From IMG/VR virus record IMGVR_UViG_3300044825_001572, positions 1 to 64,000 of that record: a DNA stretch of 64,000 bases. The stretch is one strand, 5' to 3'. Shown here piece after piece: positions 7,686 through 17,100 of this stretch. Within the stretch, counting starts at the first letter, position 1. Each line of letters starts with the position of its first letter. Below the pieces are notes generated by a model, which worked only from the letters and a program-made list of their open reading frames with translations, did no database searches and was not told the origin of the DNA. The stretch is from a virus. The translations under genes were made by a program, and so were the position numbers.

Positions 7686-8058
7686 CTGTATCTATCTCCA
7701 CATCTTTTACAAGGTCAGTAAGTTCATCAAACATCTCTTTTGTAAATGGAATTGTTTTAACTTTACCAGTTTCAACATCATCAGCCATCTGCATTAGCTC
7801 TTCTAAAAAAGATTTTGGATAAATATCATCTTCAAGACTATCCCAAAAATACAAAATACATTGTTCTAATGGATCATCAGATACGAGAAGAGCATATTCT
7901 TGATAGTTGTCTAACATCAAATCTTTCCAATTCTCGAAGGCATACCAACAATTATACCACCCTTGAATAATACAGGAATTCCAGATATATTCTATCCAAG
8001 ATAACTTGGTCTTTTTTGTATTCGTTCCTAATAGGGGTCTGGAGAATACCATGATCAA
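7672..8058 (-). CDS. hypothetical protein
   Basis: ORF track. Confidence 0.7.
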   Translation of the reverse strand: MIMVFSRPLLGTNTKKTKLSWIEYIWNSCIIQGWYNCWYAFENWKDLMLDNYQEYALLVSDDPLEQCILYFWDSLEDDIYPKSFLEELMQMADDVETGKVKTIPFTKEMFDELTDLVKDVEIDTDGTL

Positions 8059-8258
8059 AAATAATGAATTTTAGTTTCTGGAGCAAGTTTTTGTTTTAAA
8101 ATAAAATCTCTAGCAGATGCTAATGAATAGAATTTAACTAATTTTGGAAAACAATCCAACTCATAAAAATTCACCCACATCCACATTTTTTTATATTGTG
8201 GTATGAAACAAATTTCTCCTGTAAAATCAGGTTTTTCTACTATACGATACTTTCTCAT
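8055..8258 (-). CDS. hypothetical protein
   Basis: ORF track. Confidence 0.6.
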   Translation of the reverse strand: MRKYRIVEKPDFTGEICFIPQYKKMWMWVNFYELDCFPKLVKFYSLASARDFILKQKLAPETKIHYF

Positions 8259-8475
8259 CTAGTATACATTTAGGTGTATTTAAATTATGTATTACACCTA
8301 CAATAATGAATGCATTAGTAATAAAATAAGAAAAGAAAATTAAAGTTCTTATAATAGCTACTTTGTCTGAGGTATGATTGCAATCAGGGTGTGATTTACT
8401 TCCCAGTGCAGAACACCAAACATACCAAAAAGACTTTTTATGCCTCTTCATTTGTTCTTGGTTTGGTTTTTTCAA
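8227..8475 (-). CDS. small membrane protein
   Basis: W..ALGSK...SDKVAIIRT..F..Y.ITN.FI..GVI.. hydrophobic motif. Confidence 0.65.
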   Translation of the reverse strand: MKKPNQEQMKRHKKSFWYVWCSALGSKSHPDCNHTSDKVAIIRTLIFFSYFITNAFIIVGVIHNLNTPKCILDEKVSYSRKT

Positions 8476-8686
8476 TCTTATAATCTTTTGATTTTAACTT
8501 AAGCCTTTTTATATACTTATCTAAATGTTCTTTTACTTGAAAATAACAATACTTAGTTGATTTACCTTCTTTATGAATTAAAGTTATTGGAAAAGTAATA
8601 TGAAACGGTGCAGTTTCAATAACTACTTCTTTTGATTCTTTTGGTGGGTGTATTTTCTTTACTGGTTTCCTTTTTCTTGGAGCCAT
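8438..8686 (-). CDS. basic hypothetical protein
   Basis: ORF track. Confidence 0.65.
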   Translation of the reverse strand: MAPRKRKPVKKIHPPKESKEVVIETAPFHITFPITLIHKEGKSTKYCYFQVKEHLDKYIKRLKLKSKDYKIEKTKPRTNEEA

Positions 8687-8907
8687 TACTTAATTTCGTA
8701 GAAATCTAAAACCTCTCGCATAGAATATTCATTCACTTCATAATAATCAGCAAGCATACTGATGCTCCATTTTTCGCAAATTCTTTTTTGTCTTAATTCT
8801 TTTTCGTTCCAATAAAAATATGGACCTAATTTTGGAGTTTTGAATAGTATAGATTTAATTTTATTTTTAATTTTTTTAATCATTTTAAACTTCATCAAGA
8901 CCTTCAA
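8686..8907 (-). CDS. hypothetical protein, possible C-terminal HTH-like segment
   Basis: ORF track; SISMLADYYEVNEYSMREVL. Confidence 0.55.
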   Translation of the reverse strand: MKVLMKFKMIKKIKNKIKSILFKTPKLGPYFYWNEKELRQKRICEKWSISMLADYYEVNEYSMREVLDFYEIK

Positions 8908-9088
8908 TTTGTGATACAGGTACTATATTTCCAGCAATATTATAGATGTGCTCCCCGTTATGGACCCCCACGTAAGAAAAATCGAGGAAATCATTATCAC
9001 GAATAAGAGCTTGAAGACGATAGTGCATTAGATCCTTATGAGAAATTGAATCAATAGTCATTTTCAATAACCCTCCAATCAAGGTCAA
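8885..9088 (-). CDS. hypothetical protein
   Basis: ORF track. Confidence 0.6.
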   Translation of the reverse strand: MTLIGGLLKMTIDSISHKDLMHYRLQALIRDNDFLDFSYVGVHNGEHIYNIAGNIVPVSQIEGLDEV

Positions 9089-9329
9089 AATTAATTTCTT
9101 TTAGATACTCTTCAACTAGTTCTTCAATTATAGTATCCTCTGTAATATCCATATCAAAGAAATCTTCTAAATCTAAGATAGAAATGAATGCTTCAACATA
9201 ACTATCTCCATACTCAGGAGGGTCGTATTGAGTTTGATGATAAACTAGGCGAGAATTCTCTGCAATCGCCTTCACATAAACTTTTCGCTCAGCAACTGGA
9301 TAAATTTCAACAACTTCAATGATACGCAT
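9051..9329 (-). CDS. hypothetical acidic protein
   Basis: ORF track; QT.YDPPEYG. Confidence 0.65.
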   Translation of the reverse strand: MRIIEVVEIYPVAERKVYVKAIAENSRLVYHQTQYDPPEYGDSYVEAFISILDLEDFFDMDITEDTIIEELVEEYLKEINFDLDWRVIENDY

Positions 9330-9331
9330 AA

Positions 9332-9622
9332 TTATAGAAAAATAGTTTTAGTTTCCTCGGTAAAATCTAATTCTAGATGATAGAACATTTGATAAGGTCC
9401 TTGGTAATAAAGATAAACATCTTTAAGATCATCCATAGTGAGTTCTGGATACTTTTTTAAAACATCTTCTTGGGTTGTTCCGTTGTGAGCTAGTATAGCA
9501 ATAGATTTCGTAGTAATCTCGGTTTCACGGACACAAGGAAGACCGTCACACCGACCCTTCTTAATTGTTACCCTAGGACACAAATAAGAAACTGGATATT
9601 CCTCAAGATAATTTTCAATCAT
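9332..9622 (-). CDS. DUF433-family protein
   Basis: G.C.G.PCVR.T.I....I......G.T...VL..YPELT.DDL...Y.Y. Confidence 0.72.
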   Translation of the reverse strand: MIENYLEEYPVSYLCPRVTIKKGRCDGLPCVRETEITTKSIAILAHNGTTQEDVLKKYPELTMDDLKDVYLYYQGPYQMFYHLELDFTEETKTIFL

Positions 9623-9854
9623 TTTTCATTAATTCTTTTTCAAGTTCTTTTGCTAATTTAGCGTATTCTCTTTCTTTTAAGAAATTTGTAATTGGATTTC
9701 TTGGATGAAATCTAATCATCCAAAAAAATCTTTCTATATTAACTCTCATTAGTTTAAAAATAAGAGTGATATAATCTCCAACATTTTTATCTACAATAAT
9801 GATGTAAGCTATTATTGCGGTTAGTAATAATGCTGAAGATTGATATGGATCCAT
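9615..9854 (-). CDS. small membrane protein
   Basis: N-terminal TM segment; FHPRNPITN. Confidence 0.65.
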   Translation of the reverse strand: MDPYQSSALLLTAIIAYIIIVDKNVGDYITLIFKLMRVNIERFFWMIRFHPRNPITNFLKEREYAKLAKELEKELMKND

Positions 9855-9860
9855 TTTAAT

Positions 9861-10094
9861 TTATGCTGCAATTGGTTCGTCATTAAAATTGGGAATATAT
9901 AAATCCCAAGTAAGTTGCATATCTTCTAGAAAATAGCAAAGTTCATCTTCATCTTCTGGAAGAATTTGACCCGACTGAAGAATAAATTCGGTAATTCCTA
10001 GATATTCTTCACCATCTTCAGTTTTTACAGTTGCTACAACTTCAATATGATTTTTAATTTGATGAATTTCTTCAATTAGTTTTACAAAAATCAT
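9861..10094 (-). CDS. hypothetical acidic protein
   Basis: ORF track; architecture loosely like 9051..9329. Confidence 0.6.
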   Translation of the reverse strand: MIFVKLIEEIHQIKNHIEVVATVKTEDGEEYLGITEFILQSGQILPEDEDELCYFLEDMQLTWDLYIPNFNDEPIAA

Positions 10095-10291
10095 TTTATT
10101 TTTTTTAACTCCTGAGTAATAAATGTTTTTGCAGTTTTAATATTTCTACAGGTTCTTATTTGTTTTCCATTGTGGATAATAACAAATTGTCCTTTGTGGT
10201 AAGGAACTGCTGCAAAAGTTCCACACTTTGTAACATAACCTAGACTTTCATCCTCGTCAACTTGAGGTTCTAGAAATTTTACTGTGGGCAT
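10091..10291 (-). CDS. hypothetical protein
   Basis: ORF track; GYVT..G.FAAVP...F.IIHNG.Q. Confidence 0.65.
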   Translation of the reverse strand: MPTVKFLEPQVDEDESLGYVTKCGTFAAVPYHKGQFVIIHNGKQIRTCRNIKTAKTFITQELKKIK

Positions 10292-10431
10292 TATCGTGAA
10301 TAATCATCCATCTCAACATCAAATTCATCTTGAAAATCTTCAGGATTAATCCCAAGATATTCTAGAAATTCATTATAGTATTGAGGTTTTTCAATAAAAT
10401 CTTTTAGAGGGCTTTCTAATTCTTTAGTCAT
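10291..10431 (-). CDS. 46-aa acidic hypothetical, not in track
   Basis: Manual translation MTKELESPLKDF...; start/stop overlaps with neighbours. Confidence 0.55.
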   Translation of the reverse strand: MTKELESPLKDFIEKPQYYNEFLEYLGINPEDFQDEFDVEMDDYSR

Positions 10432-10562
10432 CAGTAACCTCCAAAGCGATTAGCCATTTCTTCCATTCTGTCTTGACGATACTCTTCTTCTGGCTCTTCT
10501 TGTTCTTCTAAATTTTCGTAAAGTAACTCTGGCTCTTGTTCTAGATAGGTTTCGTAAAACAT
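10431..10562 (-). CDS. 43-aa highly acidic hypothetical, not in track
   Basis: Manual translation MFYETYLEQEPE...NRFGGY; first gene after promoter. Confidence 0.55.
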   Translation of the reverse strand: MFYETYLEQEPELLYENLEEQEEPEEEYRQDRMEEMANRFGGY

Positions 10563-10602
10563 AGTGAAGTTGTTGGGGGAACAGATTTATTTAGGCTTTT
10601 TA

Positions 10603-10631
10603 AGTGTAACAGAGAGGTCTAGATAAGTCAA
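10603..10631 (-). promoter_or_regulatory. sigma70-like early promoter
   Basis: TTGACT N17 TACACT. Confidence 0.6.
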
Positions 10632-10634
10632 GAC

Positions 10635-10662
10635 AAAAAAAGAGGGGCTCACCAGACCCCTC
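10635..10662 (-). terminator. intrinsic terminator
   Basis: GAGGGG..CCCCTC stem followed by T7. Confidence 0.6.
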
Positions 10663-10945
10663 CATACATCCTCTTTTTCCTTCTTGCTTTTTACTCAAAC
10701 ACAAAAAGGGTCTCTAATTCACAAAGTTGCTATGAATTTTCAAGACCTTCATAACATACCAGAAGTATTGATAATAGTCAAGTATTAAGAAATGTTACAA
10801 TATACTAAAGAACTACTTGACAGAATTGAATAAATCGGTGACAATATATCTGTTGGTTGATGAAGGTAATTAAATATTAAATTAATTAATAAGATTAAAG
10901 AATACTTAAGACTGTCCGAAGGACAATCCCGAAGGGATTTAATTA

Positions 10946-11098
10946 TTATTCTTCTAGCTCATTAAGGGCTTCTAGTGCTCCTTGGACTTTAAGAAATTCT
11001 TCTTTCTTTTGATTAAATTGTTGTTCTAAAGAAATTAGCTCATCACGAAGATTATTAGCTTTTTCTGTGAGTAATTCAGTCATTTTAGATTTTTCCAT
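10946..11098 (-). CDS. 50-aa coiled-coil protein after the giant fibre, not in track
   Basis: Manual translation MEKSKMTELL...LKVQGALEALNELEE. Confidence 0.6.
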   Translation of the reverse strand: MEKSKMTELLTEKANNLRDELISLEQQFNQKKEEFLKVQGALEALNELEE

Positions 11099-11143
11099 AA
11101 GTAAAAAATTGATATAGTAAATTCTACAATTTTATATAGTCAA

Positions 11144-14100
11144 TTATAAAATTCTCATAATAAAGGCAAGTGCATAGTATGGAGGTAAATTTTTGTTAAT
11201 TCCAGATTCACCTTCTAATGAAGTTGTAAAGGAGTGACTATGTGATCCATTTTCTGAAGTGCTTGCAAAATATTTCCTTAATCTTTGTCCTTGAGGACTA
11301 CCCTGCTGTTCCAATTCATTAATATCTCCTTGGTTTAAATGATCTGTAGTCCCATTTCCATCAATTGCTGCACCAGTTGCATAAACATATCCATGTCTGT
11401 GTGCCCCTTCAAAAGAAGTAGTTCCAGTATGTTGGTGAGAAACTACAACAGCATTAGCACTACCACCAACATCACCTGGATCATATGGAGAACTTCCTGT
11501 CTGAGCTGTAAGACCACTCTTAGTTATACTATCTACACCAACAATAAATTTATTTCTCAAGTCTGGTGTATTTTGACCAGCAAGTGTACCTGATGAAATT
11601 GTAGAACCATTACATAACTGCCATCCAGGAGGAGTTGTGCTTCCAGACCACATGATAATTCCACCAACTGGAATAGTTCCATTTCCTGAAAATGCAGTTG
11701 CAGATACATTTCCACCAACTGTTAGAGTATTACCAGAATCACAGTAAAGATTTACATTTCCACCGTTGTTTGTGTTATAAAGTCTAATATCACCACCATT
11801 GTAAAGTACAACACCATCACCAGTACCACCTGATATTAGAGAGCTTGCATATAGATTTCCACCAACTGTTAGAGTACCACTCGTATCGCAGTAAAGATTT
11901 ACATTTCCACCGTTGTTTGTGTTATAAAGTCTAATATCACCACCATTAGCAACTCTAATGCCATCACTGGAATCGGATGTTTCTACTCTAGGGACATATA
12001 AAATTCCACCATTACTGAGAGCCATCGAGTCTTGATCTGATGCGTTCCTCCAAGTATAAAGTCCATCAGCACTTCCAAAATATGTTCTTCCATTGTTAGT
12101 AAAATTTAATCTATTCTTTCCATCGGAAGAAGTTATCCAAACATTTGTTGATCTAGATAAGAATCTAGCATCAGATTCACTTTCCGTATAATAGCGACCA
12201 TCTAAATCAACGGATCCAATAGCGGTGATATGACCGTAAGTATCTAAAGTAATATCTTGTATTACTGTTCCGTTAGAATTATCTACTGATACCTGGGATG
12301 ATGTATCAGCGTGTGAAATTGTTACTGTTCCATTAGATGCTTGATTCGTAGTAAATGAACCATTAGTGATTGATATTCCATTACCTGAAGAGAGTGTTAT
12401 TGTTGCATTTCCTACAGATGTAGTATTTACTGGAGTATAACCCAATGCATTTACAATTTCTCTAGAAGTTATGAAATCTTGAGTTCCATCTGCACGTAAC
12501 ATCTTGTAAGTTAGTGTTCCACTTAACACTAGACTTTCAGGATTGGTGGCTACAAATTTAGGTGATTTTATACCATCTAAATTTATAGCTTCTACTTCTC
12601 CCTTGAGTTCAAATCTACTATTTATTTCTGTTATACTAGTAGATGAATCAATTTTTGTTGTAAATAAAGTTTCTCCAATTCGAAGATTCTTTGCAACTCC
12701 AACACCACCAGAAACCACTAGTGCTCCAGTTGAAGTTGTAGTTGATTGTGTTGTTCCGTTAATACTTACTTTTGATGTATTGGTGCTTGCCGCTAGGTTA
12801 ATCGTAGAAGCATTACCAAATGCATTCACAGTTTGAACTTGACTATTGAGAAGATTAAATGTAGATTGATTTGTAATTATATTTGAACCATTAATAGTTG
12901 TAATTCCACTGCTAGAAGTTAAAGCTAAGTTTCCATTAACATCTACTCTTATTTTCACGTCGGTATCAAAATTTTCATTGTTATATGAAACAGTAGTGAG
13001 TGGAGTAGCTAGTTTCCAAGAATATCCATCACTAGTATCAATACCAGCGTACCATCTTCTGTTTATATTATTAAATGTAGTATCCCAGGATAGAGCAACA
13101 TCTCCAGAGCCGGATTGAGTTAATCTTAAATGAGCACCTCTTAAGTTTTCTCCGGAATTATTTTGGAATACTGTAATTGTTCCAGAAGTTCCAATTCTCA
13201 ATCTTTCAGTATTATTTGATAATATTCTTACGTCTCCACCATTATCAATAGCATTAATGAATAGTGGTGTTGTTCCTCTATGAATTATAGAAGAACTTTG
13301 ACTTCCAACACCAGAATTTCTAATTAATCTTAATCCATAATCAAAGGTAGAAGTATCATTATTTAAATCAATATATGAGGATTGGTTGGTATTACCTACT
13401 CCAAGTCTTAAAATTCTACTATCTGTAATATATGCAGTAGAAATTCCAGGAACTCTATTTGTGGTAATTGCAACATTACCATTAACAACAGATAAACTAT
13501 TATTGATGATAGTATTACCTGTTACTGAACTAATAGTTAAATCATTGAATTTATTATCAATAATATTACTACCAGCAATACCAACTCTAATATTTGCTAA
13601 ATCAATTTTATCTGCATATAATGTTGGTGCTACTCCAAATTCATTTTTTTTATTGATATAAACATCTTTATAGAAAGATGATACACCAACCGTCTCAATT
13701 TGATTAAATTTAGATGTTCCTCTTTCGTGAATTTGAGTATAATTAGTTGCGATTCCTGTTGATGGATTGATCCCCAAGAAAGTCATTGTTCCATAAACAT
13801 CAACATCTTCAAATTTTACATCACCCAGGTTAAATGCTTGTGTAAATACAACTCCGCCAGTAACTCTTAGGTTTTGAATTTGAGCAGTACCAGCAACATT
13901 TAGTGGGTATACATCACTTGGAGCAATTCCAATACCAACTTTATCTAATGTAAATGTTAGCTTATTTGGTTCGTTACTAATTAATCCCCACTGCCTCCAT
14001 TCATTACTCTTATAAATATGACCTACGTAATTATTTGTTGGGTTTGAAATAAATGATATATCACCATTTGTTGGTCTTGGAATTGTTACTGCAGTTGGAG

Positions 14101-17100
14101 TTGATATTCCTACTGTGAATAATTTTTCTTGGGATACTGAACCTCTTATAAAGAGATTTCTCAATAACATACCTTCAGGAGAGAGGTTGGTTACTCTCTT
14201 ATCAAAGTTTACTGGACCATAGAACTGTGAACTTTGATTATTATTTTCACCACCTTCTACAGTAATTCTACTTTTTACTAGAACTTCATCAAATAATCCA
14301 CTTTGTGAATTTTGTAATTCTCCATTTGCATCATCTCCGGTAAATGTCAATATTGGAGCACCGACAATTGTTTGCTCTCCAGTGGTTGCAGAAACTTTAG
14401 TACTTCCAGTATAGAATTCACCAAGGTCATTCATTCCAGTATATACAATTGAGCCACCTTGCTCTCTTCTTGCTTGTGAATTAAGAACTTCAATATCTCC
14501 TAGAACTCTATCCTGTCTTTGTGGAAGAGCTGTGGAGTAGTTACCCGGACCATAACCTAAGTATTCAAAAGTATGTCCAGAAGCTCTCATAAATGAAGGT
14601 CTTCTTGTTTCTACTGGAAGTACTCTTATTTTTCTAACAACAGAGCCAGAAACTGCAGAAATTCTTAGTGTACCTAGTTGATTTCTTAAAACATTAAATG
14701 ATGTGCTAGTTGGAGTACCAGCAATCCTCATAATCTCATTTCCAATAGTGATGAAATCTCCTCTCTTTAATCCAGCAGTAGTATCTACATTTAAAGAAGT
14801 TGTATTAATATTAATAGATGATGTTAATGTAAATGATAATCCAGAATATACATAACAAGCTCTAGAAGATAAGTTTTCTTCACCTCTACCTAAGTTTAAT
14901 GCGTTTGAATTAATTCCATACTTAAGAATTTTTCCTGTAGATGGAGTTGTAGTTGTAGTAGCAATCCCAGCACCAACACTAAATGAGAATGTTGTGATTC
15001 CAATAACTTCATTAACAATATAATCTTTATTATTGTAAAATTCTATATTAGACTTGGTAAACTTAAATTTATTACCAATGGATAGTCCGTGAGGATAAGA
15101 TGTAGTAACTGTTGTAATTCCTGTAGTTAAATCGCTCAAAATCATTGAGCTTATTCCAACACCTTTTGATGCAATATAACCAATTGGAACTATTCCATTT
15201 GTATTAGAAGTATATGTAGGTACTCCTTCTGGAACATAAATCGTTACTGATTTTTTATTTGGTACTGCTATAATTTCATAAATTCCATTTAAATCTGTTG
15301 AATGGAATCCAGAAAGTTCTAATCCGTCACCAATATTATTGTTTATCTCAGTTACTTGGACTAGAGCATTGGTAACTGATCCTCCCTGAACTCCAAGTTG
15401 CTCTCCAACAGTATGTGCTGCACCTACGTCTACTAATCTTAAGCTATTAGTATTAATAGTGCCGGTTCCAGTTGTAGAATATCTACAAGTAGCATCTTCT
15501 TCATTAAATTTTACGTCTATTAGGTTTGCTGAGTAAATCGTGGTATTTAGAGGATATCCAGCTCCAGAAGAAATTACGTTTACAGATTTAATAGAGTTTA
15601 ATTTATGTTCTACATCAGTAGATAAAGTTAAAGTTGTATTACCAACACCACTGATAGTAATATTAGTAATTCCAAATCCTACTCTATTGTTTTTATTAAA
15701 TTCGTTAATTACCTCAAGAGTTAATGATTTTTTCTTATCATCAGTTATTACATTACCAACTACTTTTAAATCTGCGTAACTAATAGTGGCATTTGGATTT
15801 GATGTAGGATTATCTCTATCAACTTGCGGATATAAATTTCTAATATCTTGATTAAAATACTTCGATGATAATCCATATCCAACATTATTACTAATTCCTA
15901 TAGAAGATGATAGTACAATAAGATGATAAATTCCATCCTGACCTTCAGTTCCAGGAACGTGTTCTCTTATGGTGTCTACTCTATAAATGTAAAAATTATT
16001 TTTATAAGACTGTCTTGATACTAAAGGTAACGCATTTCTTTGTTGTGTTGTTGTTCTTTGATTAATATTATTTGTAAAAGTTCCTGGATTTGTTTTAACG
16101 CCTTCAAGTTGATATGTGAATGTTCTTGATGATGGTATTGAAAGTACCGGGTAATCTCCATTATAACTACTAACAATTCCAACCCCAGATGGATTGTTTG
16201 TACTTCTTACTGATTGAACCTTTACTACATCTCCAACAATTAAATTATGTGGTAACTCAGTAGTAATTGTAACTGTTTGTTTATTGTTGAGAATTGAACC
16301 AGCAGAAGCATTTACAATAACTTTTTCATTTCTCAATTCAGTTGAATTTAAAAGTTGAGTACCATCACTAATACTTATTGTACTGATAGCTACATTTTTA
16401 CTTTCTTGTAAAATATATCCAGATTGTGGTGCTTTTGCATTAATATATTCTTTTGGTATAACATAACGAAGTTTATATAATCTTTCATCAATAGGTCTAT
16501 TCTCTTGTATCCTTTTTATAAATGTAAATGGAGTTGCATCTCCAAATGTAGCTATGTTGATAGTTGATACTATATCATATATTTTATTTACTGATCCAGA
16601 TTGGGCAGTAAAGATATACCAAGATTTATTTCCTTCATCCCACTGAATTGGATGGCCAAATTCTCCTGCAATTTTATCACTTACAGTACTAATTACAGAA
16701 ATAGTTCCTCCATTGTTTCCTATACTTGTGATCTCTACACCTGATAATGCATCATTTAAAGTTGAAGCAAGCTTTATTTGATTAATTCCAAGAGTTATAT
16801 CAACAGTATTTGTAATTGTATAATATACTTTATCAATCTCTAATCCTTCTGGAGCTTGAGCGTTATCGCTAAAAATTCTTACCTTTTCTCCGGAAAATAA
16901 TTTATGATTTCCAGTAAGTGTTAATACATTATTTGAAATATTATTAACAATTCCAGTTCTAGCAACATTATATGTTTTTTTAGATATTAACCCCTCACTT
17001 TCATCTGGAGTAGTCATATAAATTGGGGTGGAATATGAAGATTGACTTTCATTTCCAGTAATAGTTAAATATAATTTATCTCCTTCTCTTGCACCTATTC

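Noticed and set aside
10563-10945. tRNA gene in the large intergenic region
   Set aside because: No cloverleaf or T-loop consensus found by eye.
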